Positions 26,811-36,193 of a stretch of DNA of 63,566 bases are shown here, piece by piece. Positions within the stretch are counted from its first letter, which is position 1. Each line of letters starts with the position of its first letter. Made by a program: the position numbers and the translations under genes. The notes under the pieces are model-generated. The model was not told the DNA's origin. It was given only the letters and a program-made list of their open reading frames with translations, and did no database searches. The DNA is from a virus (lineage: Duplodnaviria > Caudoviricetes), in the IMG/VR virus record IMGVR_UViG_3300036803_000058, positions 1-63,566 of that record. One strand, written 5' to 3'.

Positions 26811-26847
26811 TGGGCCGGGACCTTGAGGGGGACCGGCCCAATTTTTT
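26811..26847 (+). terminator. Rho-independent terminator
   Basis: TGGGCCGG...CCGGCCCA-ATTTTTT. Confidence 0.65.
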
Positions 26848-26900
26848 AGTCTATACTCCCCTCGTGTCCTTGCTTGTGTCATTGCATCCTAGTTGACCTC

Positions 26901-26940
26901 ATGAGCCGGTTTTACCCCTTGGGTAACCGGCTCATTTTTT
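26901..26940 (+). terminator. Terminator-like hairpin with the palindrome at its apex
   Basis: ATGAGCCGG-TT-TTACCC-CTT-GGGTAA-CCGGCTCAT-TTTTT. Confidence 0.65.
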
Positions 26941-26971
26941 GTATAGTGCCCCGTTGAACTCGGGGTATGAC

Positions 26972-27469
26972 ATGCCATCTATACAACTCTCGCCGCATTT
27001 CACGCTCAACGAACTGATCGCCTCCGACACTGCCGTCGAGGAGGACATCGACAACTCGCCCAACCTCCAGCAGATCATCGAGCTCACGTTGCTCTGTAAC
27101 AACACGCTCGAGAAGATCCGCCAGATCTGTGGCGCCAAGCCGATCGAGGTCACCTCGGGCTTCCGCTGCCCCGAGCTCAACGCCGCGGTTGGCGGCGCTT
27201 CCAACAGCGCCCATCTGTTCGGCTGCGCGGCCGACATCGTGATCCCCGACTTCGGCGATCCCCTCAAGGTCTGCGAGGCGCTGCACGCCTATGTCATCGA
27301 CCTGCAGATCGACCAGCTGATCTACGAGACCAATGCGGCGGGTGGCGTGTGGGTCCACGTCGGCCGGGCGACCCTCGACGAGGGCTATGGTGGCGAGTGC
27401 TTCTCGGTGATCGACGGCTGTACCGTCTACGACCCGTTCCCCAACGCCGTCGCTCAGTCGATGGCATGA
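26972..27469 (+). CDS. Peptidase M15 family protein (putative endolysin)
   Basis: LSPHFTLNEL, SGFRCPELNAAVGG, SAH...AAD and WVH motifs. Confidence 0.85.
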   Translation: MPSIQLSPHFTLNELIASDTAVEEDIDNSPNLQQIIELTLLCNNTLEKIRQICGAKPIEVTSGFRCPELNAAVGGASNSAHLFGCAADIVIPDFGDPLKVCEALHAYVIDLQIDQLIYETNAAGGVWVHVGRATLDEGYGGECFSVIDGCTVYDPFPNAVAQSMA

Positions 27470-27473
27470 TCCG

Positions 27474-28193
27474 ATGCCCGACACCCTCGTTCCCCCCAAG
27501 CCCTTCTTCTGGTCGTGGTCCAGGCTGCAGTCCTTCGAGACCTGCGCCAAGCAGTTCTACCACGTCGACGTCGCCAAGGACGTCGCCAAGAACGTCAACC
27601 TCCAGCAGAACTGGGGCCTCGAGGTCCACAAGGCACTGGCCGATCGCATCATGCATGCCAAGCCCCTGCCGATGGGCATGGAGCAATACGAATACTGGGT
27701 CGAGCGCATCTGCAAGGGCTGGAACCGCCTCGAAGGCCCGATCATCAGCTGCGAGAAGAAGTTCGCGATCACCGCTGACTACCAGCCTTGTGAATACTTC
27801 GACCGCAAGAAGCAGGTCTGGCTGCGCGTCGTCGCTGACGTGCTGAAGCAGCACGACGACATCGCCCTGATCGTCGACTGGAAGACCGGCAAGCGAAAGG
27901 ACGACCTCGACCAGCTGCAGGTCTCCGCCGCCGTGCTGTTCGCCCACTTCCCCAACCTCCAGAGGATCCGCTCGGACTTCGTCTGGCTGCAGGAGCCGCC
28001 GGGCGACAATGCGCTCACTACCGCGTACGTCCATCGCGGCGACCTCACGCGCCTGTGGCAGCGCCTCTTGCCGCGGGTCGGCCGCATGCAGAAGGCGCTC
28101 AACGATCTTGAGTTCGCGCCCAATCCCTCCGGCCTCTGCAAGAAGCACTGCAACGTGATCAGTTGCCCGTACCATGGGCGAGGATCGCAGTGA
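27474..28193 (+). CDS. PD-(D/E)XK exonuclease (RecB/Cas4-like)
   Basis: WSWSRLQSFETC, VADV, IVDWKTGK, QL and a C-terminal Cys cluster. Confidence 0.85.
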   Translation: MPDTLVPPKPFFWSWSRLQSFETCAKQFYHVDVAKDVAKNVNLQQNWGLEVHKALADRIMHAKPLPMGMEQYEYWVERICKGWNRLEGPIISCEKKFAITADYQPCEYFDRKKQVWLRVVADVLKQHDDIALIVDWKTGKRKDDLDQLQVSAAVLFAHFPNLQRIRSDFVWLQEPPGDNALTTAYVHRGDLTRLWQRLLPRVGRMQKALNDLEFAPNPSGLCKKHCNVISCPYHGRGSQ

Positions 28194-28507
28194 CCCCGGA
28201 GGGGAAAGTCAAGCGGACGATAAAACTCCTACTTGACAGGCTCTTCCCAGAAGACTACCCCTGCTACACCGAAACCCTGGTCACTCAGGGCTACGGCCGT
28301 GCCGGCCTCGACTTCACCTGCTGCCTGTTCGGGTGGTTCGTGGCGATCGAGGCCAAGGCACCGGGCGAATGGCTGACACCGCGCCAACGGCTCACCGCCA
28401 TCGAGATCCTGGCAGCCGGCGGCAAGGTGTTCATCATCTCAAACGACGAGGGCCTGTGGGCTCTCGAGCGCTGGATCGTCAAGAATTACCCCGTGGGTAA
28501 ACCATGA
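28190..28507 (+). CDS. VRR-NUC domain nuclease
   Basis: TPEGKVK, GLDF, FVAIEAKA and TPRQ motifs. Confidence 0.85.
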   Translation: MTPEGKVKRTIKLLLDRLFPEDYPCYTETLVTQGYGRAGLDFTCCLFGWFVAIEAKAPGEWLTPRQRLTAIEILAAGGKVFIISNDEGLWALERWIVKNYPVGKP

Positions 28508-29949
28508 CCGTCATGTCGTCGCTCCGCCAGATGGGCCTGATCCACTTCCCGCCAGTGCTGGAGTGGTACGACTTCCCCGGCGTGCAGCAGCCGTTCGACA
28601 TCCAGCGCCATACCGTCAGCCACCTCACCGAGAACCCGCACTCCTACGTGCTGAGCAGCATGGGCACCGGCAAGACCAAGTGCGTGCTGTGGGCGTTCGA
28701 CGCCCTGCGCAAGGCCAAGGCCGCGCGGAAGATGCTGGTGGTGGCGCCGCTCTCGACGCTCAATTTCACTTGGGGTCGCGAGATCTTATCGACCGTTCCT
28801 CATCTCAAGTATCAAGTGCTGTGGCACAACAAGGCTGACGTCCGGCGCGAGCGGCTGAAGATGGACGCCGACATCTACATCATCAACCACGACGGCCTGA
28901 AGCTCCTGCACAACGATATCCTGCTGCGACCCGACATCGACGTGATCTGCTTCGACGAGCTCGCGATCTACCGCAACAAGACCGATCGCACCCTCAAGGC
29001 CGCCGCGCTCGCACGCACCAAGTCGGTGGTGTGGGGGCTGACCGGTGCGCCGACGCCGAACGAGCCGACCGACGTGTTCTGGCAGAGCAAGCTCGTCACG
29101 CCCGAGACGACGCCGAAGTTCTGGGGCCGCTTCCGCGAAGAGCTCATGTTCCGCATCAGCCAGTTCAAGTGGGTGCCCAAGCCCGATGCCGGCATCAAGG
29201 CGATCAACGCACTCAGACCCAACGTGCGCTTCAATCTCGACGACGTGGTCGAGCTCCCCGACTTCGTCAGCCAGCGCATCGACGTGCCGATGGGGCCCAA
29301 GCAGGCCAAGATCTATACCGAGATGACTAACGTCTGCGTTTCGATGGTGCAGGACAGGATCATCACCGCGGCGAACGCCGCCGGCGTGATGTCGAAGTTG
29401 CAGCAGATCAGCCTCGGCTGGGTCTACGACAAGCACCATGACATCGTGCAGCTCGACAATCAGGCGCGCATCGGCACCATGCTCGACATCGTCAACACGT
29501 CGGCGCGCAAGGTGCTGATCCTGGTGCCGTTCAAGCACGCGCTCGCCGGCATCAGCAAGGCCTTAACCGATGACGGCTATGTCAACTTTCCGGTCGACGG
29601 CGACACCAGCCCCGGCAAGCGCGACAAGATCTTCCACGAGTTCCAAACGATGGATGACATCAAGGTGCTGCCGGCCCATCCGCAGTGCATCGCCCATGGT
29701 GTCACGCTGACGGCGGCCGACACCGTGCTGTGGTTCGCGCCGACCTTGTCGGCCGAGCACTATCAGCAGGCGAACGCGCGCATCCGACGTGTCGGTCAGA
29801 AATTCAAGCAGTTGTTTCTGCACCTGCAGGCGACCAAGGTCGAGAGCAAGCTCTATAGCTTGCTGCAGGGCAAGGTGGTCCGGCAAGACGCCCTGCTCTC
29901 GATCCTCGAAGACGAAAGCTGGACCGACATGAACAACGCGCTACCCTAG
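28504..29949 (+). CDS. SNF2-like helicase
   Basis: MGTGKT, FDE, LTGAP, HGVTLT and QANARIRRVGQ motifs. Confidence 0.9.
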   Translation: MTVMSSLRQMGLIHFPPVLEWYDFPGVQQPFDIQRHTVSHLTENPHSYVLSSMGTGKTKCVLWAFDALRKAKAARKMLVVAPLSTLNFTWGREILSTVPHLKYQVLWHNKADVRRERLKMDADIYIINHDGLKLLHNDILLRPDIDVICFDELAIYRNKTDRTLKAAALARTKSVVWGLTGAPTPNEPTDVFWQSKLVTPETTPKFWGRFREELMFRISQFKWVPKPDAGIKAINALRPNVRFNLDDVVELPDFVSQRIDVPMGPKQAKIYTEMTNVCVSMVQDRIITAANAAGVMSKLQQISLGWVYDKHHDIVQLDNQARIGTMLDIVNTSARKVLILVPFKHALAGISKALTDDGYVNFPVDGDTSPGKRDKIFHEFQTMDDIKVLPAHPQCIAHGVTLTAADTVLWFAPTLSAEHYQQANARIRRVGQKFKQLFLHLQATKVESKLYSLLQGKVVRQDALLSILEDESWTDMNNALP

Positions 29950-29957
29950 GAGCACCT

Positions 29958-30401
29958 ATGGACACTATGGACACCACGCAAGCACCATCAGCACCACCAT
30001 CAGCACCCGGTCCGATCGACCCTTCGGCGCTGATCGGTCTCTACATCGAAATCCGCGACGCGAAGAAGGCGCTAGAGAAAGCGCACGAAGAACAACTCAA
30101 GCCCTATACCGAGCGCATGGAGCGGATCGAGCAGGCGCTTCATCGGTATATGTTAGAAACAAAACTTAATAGCTTGCCGACGGACAGTGGGACGGCCTAT
30201 ACTGCGGTCAAGAGGAGTGCGTCAGTTGCAGACGCTGTTGCGTTTAAGGGCCATATCATCGAAAACCGCGACTGGGACCTTGCCGACTGGCGAGTGAACG
30301 TGAACGCGGCTGAGGCCTTCGTCAAAGAACATGGCAGCGGACCACCTGGCGTGAACTATCGAGAGTTCGAGACGGTAGGTGTCAGACGGCCAACAAAGTA
30401 A
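29958..30401 (+). CDS. Conserved-looking replication-module protein
   Basis: YIEIRDAK...GTAY...PPGVN; TAGGAG RBS. Confidence 0.7.
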   Translation: MDTMDTTQAPSAPPSAPGPIDPSALIGLYIEIRDAKKALEKAHEEQLKPYTERMERIEQALHRYMLETKLNSLPTDSGTAYTAVKRSASVADAVAFKGHIIENRDWDLADWRVNVNAAEAFVKEHGSGPPGVNYREFETVGVRRPTK

Positions 30402-30417
30402 ACGAAGGAGCGATGCA

Positions 30418-31875
30418 ATGAGCAATGGTATCACCACGATCGCGAGCCATCCGAACTTCGGCGTGATGCCGGTCGAGGCCCGCAACCTCAAGATCGACAG
30501 CAAGGCACTCGGCGGCGGCATTCAGGGCAGCTTCGGAGTGCTCAGCTTCAAGGGCAAGAACTGGGCGGTGCGTTACCACGGCGAGACGTACCCGATCTGG
30601 CAGTACGATACGCAGGGCCGGCCGATCGGCACCGTGCCGGCGCTCGAGGTGGTGCTGATCAATGTCAGCCCGTCGATTGCTAAGACCTACTACGAGGGCA
30701 CCTACGTCGAGGGCTCGACCGATGCGCCCGACTGCTGGTCGCCCAACGGCATCGTGCCCGATCCGTCCTCGCCCAAGCTGCAGAGCCAGACGTGCGGCAC
30801 CTGCAAGTGGAACCGGTTCGGCAGCAAGATCACCGACAACGGCAGCCAGTCGAAAGCATGTCAGGACCACAAGCGCATGGCGTTCGTGCCAGCCGCCGAC
30901 ATGCAGAACGAGCGCTACGGCGGGCCGATGCTGCTGCGCGCGCCACCGGCCTCGCTTACCGGCGTGCTCGACTACGCCGACAAGCTGCGCCAGATGGGCT
31001 GGGAGTGGTACGCGCTGGTGACCCAGATCAGCTTTGACCCGACCAAGGCGTACCCGCTGATCAAGTTCCACGAGGTGCGGCCGCTCACGCCGCAGGAGAT
31101 CGCCTACGTCCACCAGCTGCAGGACGACCCGCGCGTCGCCCGCATCATCAACGAGGGCGTCGAATTCGATCCGCTGACGCCCGAGCAGATGGCCGAACGT
31201 GGTATCGTTCCGGCCGCCGCGGGTGCTCCCCCGCACCCGCAGCACGCTGCGCCCCCTCCCCTCGCTCAGGCGCAGCCGGCACCCCCGGCGCCAACGGCTC
31301 ATACCCCACCTGGCGCTTGGGGTGCCCCCACGCCTGTTACCCAGCCGGGTAACGCCCCTCCCCCGCAAGCCCAGGGCGCGCCTGCAGCGCCGCCGGCTGG
31401 TGGCTGGGGTGGACCGCCGGCTCAGGCGCAAGCCCCTGCAGCCCCGCCCGCAGCCCCGCCAGCGACGGGTCCTATGGGTGTACCGCCCGGCATGGACGCC
31501 GAGCAGTTTCGGGCCTTCCAGGAGTGGCAGCGCCAGCAGGCCGCCAGCGGCACCGGCCAGCAGGCTCCCGTTCAAGCCCAACCCCCGGCTGATGCGGCTC
31601 CTGCTGCGGCTCAACCGGCTGCCAAGCGCCCGCGAAACCGGCGCACGCCGGCGGTGAGCCCGGGCCCGGCCGCGGCGTCGACGCCGGCGGCGCCTGCACA
31701 GGCGAGCGCACCACCCGAAGGACAGGTGGCAGCGCCCCCGGCAGCCCCTGCAGGGGCCTGGGGCGCACCACCCGCCGGAGCTCCGGCGCAGGCCAATGGT
31801 GCCGCTGCCCCGGCAGCCCCCACCAACGACCCCGGCATGGCGCAGTTCGACGATCGTCTGAACAAGCTGCTTTAG
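30418..31875 (+). CDS. Putative ssDNA-binding protein with Cys motif and long Pro/Ala linker
   Basis: PDCWS, CGTCKWNRFGS, KAC and LRAPPASL motifs; acidic/hydrophobic tip; lies between helicase and primase. Confidence 0.6.
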   Translation: MSNGITTIASHPNFGVMPVEARNLKIDSKALGGGIQGSFGVLSFKGKNWAVRYHGETYPIWQYDTQGRPIGTVPALEVVLINVSPSIAKTYYEGTYVEGSTDAPDCWSPNGIVPDPSSPKLQSQTCGTCKWNRFGSKITDNGSQSKACQDHKRMAFVPAADMQNERYGGPMLLRAPPASLTGVLDYADKLRQMGWEWYALVTQISFDPTKAYPLIKFHEVRPLTPQEIAYVHQLQDDPRVARIINEGVEFDPLTPEQMAERGIVPAAAGAPPHPQHAAPPPLAQAQPAPPAPTAHTPPGAWGAPTPVTQPGNAPPPQAQGAPAAPPAGGWGGPPAQAQAPAAPPAAPPATGPMGVPPGMDAEQFRAFQEWQRQQAASGTGQQAPVQAQPPADAAPAAAQPAAKRPRNRRTPAVSPGPAAASTPAAPAQASAPPEGQVAAPPAAPAGAWGAPPAGAPAQANGAAAPAAPTNDPGMAQFDDRLNKLL

Positions 31876-31929
31876 CGTAACGGGCCGGCTGGGCTCATCC
31901 CGGCCGGCCGCCTCGGGGGAGGCCTTTTG

Positions 31930-34914
31930 ATGCTGTCTCAGGCCGCTGCTTTTCTTGCCTCCGTGGTGCCGTGGCCGGCACCGGGCGACCCGCCACCCTG
32001 GTTCGTCAACGTCCACTGGACGATCGACATCACCGAAGGCGGCAAGGCCAAGCAGATCTTCCCCGGCCGGGCCTGCACCACGCTCGAGCAAGCGCTGAAC
32101 CAGATCGAGTACCGGCTGACGCACGCCGGCGGCACCAATCTCTTCGTCTGCATGTCGGCGCAGCCCCAGGGCAAGGAGAAGCTCGACCGCCGCGGCCGCA
32201 AATACTGGAACGCCATCCGATCGCGGCTCACCGCACTCTGGCTGAAGTCGATCTGGATCGACATCGACGTCAAGGACAAGGGCTACAAGACCACGCTCGA
32301 AGCGGCCGAAGCCTTCAACCGGTGGCGCCTGGCGGCCGGCCTGCCCGAGCCCAGTTTCGTGGTGATGACCGGAGGCGGTGGCTTCCACGTCCATTGGGCG
32401 CTCGCCGAGGCGATCCCGGTCGATCGCTGGTTCGCCCTCGCAAGCCGGCTGGTCGCGGCGATCCAGCAGCACGGCCTGCTCGCCGACACCGCCGTCACGA
32501 TCGACGCCGCGCGCGTGCTGCGCCTGCCGCAGACGTTCAACTACAAATACACACCACCCAAGCCAGCCTTCCTGCAGGCGGCACGGGCTGAGTACCGGCC
32601 GGAGTACCTGGAGGACCTGCTCAAGGGCTACCAGCCGGTCGCGATCGCGCGTCCCGCCGCCGTCGTGCAGTCCACGATGGGCCCGTTGTTCGAGCGCCGG
32701 CCGGCGCTGCCATACTCGGCGCTGGGCGATGGTATCGAACGCGCAACCTTTGACATTGATCAAGTCGCCGAGGTCTGCCCGCTGGTGAAGGACGCGGTTA
32801 CCCACGGGGGTAACTGGCACCCCAATCCGTTGTGGCACGCCATGGCGGCGCTCAGCGTGCACGTCCTCGAAGGCCGCAACGTCTTCCACGATCTCGCCAA
32901 CGGCCATCCTGACTACGATCGTGCCACCAGTGACGAGCTCTACGATCGGGTCGAGGGCGATCACCAGCGGCTCAATACCGGCTGGACGACCTGCGCCCAT
33001 CTCGACCGTGCCGGCGGATCACCACATTGCGCGAACTGCGCGCACCGCCTCGAAGGTCGGAGCCCGCTCAACTTCGTGAACCGCTACTTGCCGCCGCCGG
33101 CCATCCCGGTCTCGCCGCTCGCCCAGCCGGCAAGAGGGGTCGCGGACTACAGCCGCAACTGGCTGCCGGCAGGCTACCGCTACGACGCTGAGCAATGCGT
33201 CGTGCGCGATGTACCATCCGACAAAGAGGGTGAGCCCGACAAAGTCCTGCTGGTGTTCGAGCATCCGCTGCTCGATCCATGGCCACAGGAAGGCGAGCAG
33301 GTTGGTGACGGCCGCGACGGCATCAACTTCGTGAGTGTATTCGGAACACGCCGGCGAAACATGCAAGTGCTCGCGATCGACATGTCGACGTCCGATCAGC
33401 TGGGTCGTGTGCTCGCCAAGCAAGGCTTGCCAGTCTCCAACAAGGCGGAAGCATTGAGGTTGTTCATGGCGTTCATCACCGATCTCAGGAAGCGCAAGGA
33501 GAACGCCGTCAAAGTCGCCCGGATGGGCTGGGACTTCGAGGATGGCGCCGCCTCGGCGTTCACCTTCGGCGGCACACGCTTCAACTGCAAGGGCGACCTG
33601 CCGGCCATCCTCAGCGACCCCGTCATGCAGCAGCACTACACGCCAGTCGGCTCGCCCGATCCCTGGATACAGGCCGCCAAGCTGATGATCGGGATCAATT
33701 CGTCGCTCGACCTGTTGGTGGCCGGTGCGTTCGCGTCGCCTCTGGTTGCCTTCACCGGCCACTCGGGCATCACGCTGTCGTGCTGGTCGTCGCAGTCGGG
33801 CGTCGGCAAGACGTCGGCAATGACCGTCGGCCAGTGCGTCTTCGGCCATCCTGCGTCGATGATGCGCATGGGCGACACGCACAACTCGATCACGGCGCGC
33901 CTTGGCATCTTGAACAACTGCGCCGGCTACTTCGACGAGGCGTTGGGCAATACCCAGACCGACAAGCAATGGCTGGGCACGCTCCATTCCGTAACCCAGG
34001 GGCGGGATCGCTCGCGGCTCGGGCGTAACTCCAAAATGCTCGATACCCAGACGTTTTCGCTCATGATGATCGGTGCCGCCAATGGCAGTCTGATCAGTCA
34101 CGTCAATGACCTCAACAAGAAGACGCCGGCAGCAATGATGCGCCTGATCGAGTGCGAGGTGCCGCCGCTGATCGGGTCGAGCTCGATCCTGATGCGCGAG
34201 ATAAACAGCCTGATGGCCAAGCTGCAGAACAACTACGGCCACGCTGGCATGCGCTATGCCCAGTATCTTGGACAGAACGCCACCGCGGTCGAGACAATGG
34301 TCAACCGCATGGAGGATCGCGTCGCCCAGAAATTCAACATCCAGCCGGCCGAGCGCTTCTGGTCGGCCGGCATCGCCGTGCTGCTGGTCGGCGCCATGCT
34401 GGCCAACGATCTCGGGCTTACCAAGTTCAACGTCGAAGGCATGCGCGACTATCTCAGGCAGGTGCTCGACAAGATGCGGGTCATCAAGTCCACCAACACC
34501 ATGGAGTTCACCGACCCGAACGCGCTGGCGCTTTTAATCAAGAACTATCTCGGTTCGCACCGCAGCACGGTCATCGAGACCATGGACATCCCGGTGATGG
34601 TGAGCGCCGGCCGCCCTCACGGCACACCCGAGGTGCCGTTGAATTTCACCAACCTCGCGCAGACCCGCGACCGCTGGGCAGCCCGCTACGCTCATAACCC
34701 TCACACGTTGTGGATCGACCGCTACGGGCTCTTGCGCTGGCTCGAGAAGGAAGGGTTCTCGCCGACGCACGCCGTCGACTGCATCAAACGCTTCCTCTTC
34801 GCCAAGATCCTCGACAGCGTCACCATCACGCGCGGCACCAACCTGCGCGGGACACAGGCGGTCCTGCTCGAAGTGAACTGCAACCAGCCCGCGTTGCAGG
34901 GGCTGTTCAACTAG
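31930..34914 (+). CDS. DNA primase / DUF927 helicase fusion
   Basis: WIDID, TGGGGFHVHW and RVLRLP primase motifs; P-loop SGVGKT, FDE and GRDRSRL. Confidence 0.85.
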   Translation: MLSQAAAFLASVVPWPAPGDPPPWFVNVHWTIDITEGGKAKQIFPGRACTTLEQALNQIEYRLTHAGGTNLFVCMSAQPQGKEKLDRRGRKYWNAIRSRLTALWLKSIWIDIDVKDKGYKTTLEAAEAFNRWRLAAGLPEPSFVVMTGGGGFHVHWALAEAIPVDRWFALASRLVAAIQQHGLLADTAVTIDAARVLRLPQTFNYKYTPPKPAFLQAARAEYRPEYLEDLLKGYQPVAIARPAAVVQSTMGPLFERRPALPYSALGDGIERATFDIDQVAEVCPLVKDAVTHGGNWHPNPLWHAMAALSVHVLEGRNVFHDLANGHPDYDRATSDELYDRVEGDHQRLNTGWTTCAHLDRAGGSPHCANCAHRLEGRSPLNFVNRYLPPPAIPVSPLAQPARGVADYSRNWLPAGYRYDAEQCVVRDVPSDKEGEPDKVLLVFEHPLLDPWPQEGEQVGDGRDGINFVSVFGTRRRNMQVLAIDMSTSDQLGRVLAKQGLPVSNKAEALRLFMAFITDLRKRKENAVKVARMGWDFEDGAASAFTFGGTRFNCKGDLPAILSDPVMQQHYTPVGSPDPWIQAAKLMIGINSSLDLLVAGAFASPLVAFTGHSGITLSCWSSQSGVGKTSAMTVGQCVFGHPASMMRMGDTHNSITARLGILNNCAGYFDEALGNTQTDKQWLGTLHSVTQGRDRSRLGRNSKMLDTQTFSLMMIGAANGSLISHVNDLNKKTPAAMMRLIECEVPPLIGSSSILMREINSLMAKLQNNYGHAGMRYAQYLGQNATAVETMVNRMEDRVAQKFNIQPAERFWSAGIAVLLVGAMLANDLGLTKFNVEGMRDYLRQVLDKMRVIKSTNTMEFTDPNALALLIKNYLGSHRSTVIETMDIPVMVSAGRPHGTPEVPLNFTNLAQTRDRWAARYAHNPHTLWIDRYGLLRWLEKEGFSPTHAVDCIKRFLFAKILDSVTITRGTNLRGTQAVLLEVNCNQPALQGLFN

Positions 34915-34924
34915 GGAGCAAACA

Positions 34925-35158
34925 ATGAGTGCAAAGTATCGCGTGGAAAGGACGATCAAGCAGGGCTTCGGCTACGACGACGCCGACGTCACACGCTTCA
35001 CGATCGAGCGCACCGGCGATGGTCCGCTGGTGCGCTCCGACGATCCGGTGCTGCTCAACCGGATCTGCGATCTGCTCAATGCCGACGAAGGTGGAACGGG
35101 TGATAGCCCGCCTCGTGGACGAAGCTCTTGTCACCCCGGTTCGAGTGAACCGACCTGA
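34925..35158 (+). CDS. Hypothetical protein
   Basis: GGGAG RBS. Confidence 0.45.
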   Translation: MSAKYRVERTIKQGFGYDDADVTRFTIERTGDGPLVRSDDPVLLNRICDLLNADEGGTGDSPPRGRSSCHPGSSEPT

Positions 35159-35363
35159 GCCGCCAGTTGGAGGGGTCGTTGTCGCCGCCGGTCGCGATCG
35201 AGTGCTTGTGGTCGATGTCGATCCCCTTCAACGCTTCCTTGCCGAGCTTCTTCACCTCGGCGTAGCGCGCCCGCAGCCGCATCCGATGACCGACCTTGTA
35301 GCGCTCGGTCTTCTCATAGGCCTTGTCGTAGGCCGTGTAGTGGTGGGTGGGGCGGTCGGTCAC
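35076..35363 (-). CDS. Small HNH endonuclease
   Basis: DIDHKHSIATGG...NWRLRSVHSNR. Confidence 0.75.
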   Translation of the reverse strand: MTDRPTHHYTAYDKAYEKTERYKVGHRMRLRARYAEVKKLGKEALKGIDIDHKHSIATGGDNDPSNWRLRSVHSNRGDKSFVHEAGYHPFHLRRH

Positions 35364-35620
35364 TTCAGCGTCGCCCGGTTGCTCTTCGGATCGTACTTGT
35401 AGTCACCGGTCTTGCGGCCGCTCTCCTTGGCGGCACGGTCCTTGGCCCGCCCGGCAGCCCCCATCGCCTGGCGCTTGGCGCCCTTCGGCGTGAGCTCCTG
35501 CGAGCCCTTCTTCAGGTCACCGTGCTTCTGCAGTTGCGACGTCGCCACGGCGAAGGCTTGCGAGGTCGGCATGCCCTTGGCTTCCAGCTGGCTCTTCAGG
35601 CGCTCGAGGATCTTGGGCAT
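35360..35620 (-). CDS. Small basic protein
   Basis: Starts MPKILERLKSQL. Confidence 0.6.
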   Translation of the reverse strand: MPKILERLKSQLEAKGMPTSQAFAVATSQLQKHGDLKKGSQELTPKGAKRQAMGAAGRAKDRAAKESGRKTGDYKYDPKSNRATLK

Positions 35621-35624
35621 GGTG

Positions 35625-35801
35625 TCACCAGTGATAGGCGCCGAGCCCGCCGCCGAAGAACAGCAGCACGAGCACCAGCAGGATGACGAAGAAGATCCCC
35701 GACGGCCAGTAGCCATAGCCGTAGCCGCTCATGTACGGCCACGACGGCAGGGCCCCGAAGATCAGGATCAGCAGGAAGACGAGTACGATGATGGCGATCA
35801 T
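35625..35801 (-). CDS. DUF3309-like small membrane protein (holin candidate)
   Basis: LLILIFGALPSWPYMSGYGYGYWPSG; two TM segments. Confidence 0.6.
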   Translation of the reverse strand: MIAIIVLVFLLILIFGALPSWPYMSGYGYGYWPSGIFFVILLVLVLLFFGGGLGAYHW

Positions 35802-35828
35802 GGCGCCCTCCAGTTACCCCGTGGGTAA

Positions 35829-36029
35829 CTACTTCTTGCCCTTGGGAAACGGGAACTTCCCGCCCTTTCTGAACGAGCCGACCTTGGTGGCCGATGGCGA
35901 GTTGCCGCCACCGACGCCGCCGATCCGGGCGCTTGCTGCTGCCTCGCTGCCGGGGCCCTTGAGCGGACGATCGGTCTTCTCCTTGCCGATCCGGTCCTTG
36001 TCCTTCGCGCCGTACCCCTGCTTCGTCAT
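35829..36029 (-). CDS. Small basic protein with FRKGGK motif
   Basis: TGATG coupling. Confidence 0.55.
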   Translation of the reverse strand: MTKQGYGAKDKDRIGKEKTDRPLKGPGSEAAASARIGGVGGGNSPSATKVGSFRKGGKFPFPKGKK

Positions 36030-36184
36030 CACTTCTTCCCCACCTTGCCGCCTTTGCGGAAGCCGCCGGCGAACATCTGCTTCTTGTCGAGCGCCTTGTC
36101 GGCCTTGCTGCCTTCCTTGACGCCCTTCGGATCGACGTCCTTGCCGGATTTCTCGAACGCCTTGAAGCCTTTGCCCTTTGCCAT
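36029..36184 (-). CDS. Small basic protein with FRKGGK motif
   Basis: AGGAGG RBS; MAKGKGFKAFEKSG...GFRKGGKVGKK. Confidence 0.6.
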   Translation of the reverse strand: MAKGKGFKAFEKSGKDVDPKGVKEGSKADKALDKKQMFAGGFRKGGKVGKK

Positions 36185-36193
36185 GCTGTCCTC

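Noticed and set aside
27474-28193. Cas4 as evidence of a CRISPR system
   Set aside because: It is a standard replication-module PD-(D/E)XK exonuclease with no array or other cas genes.
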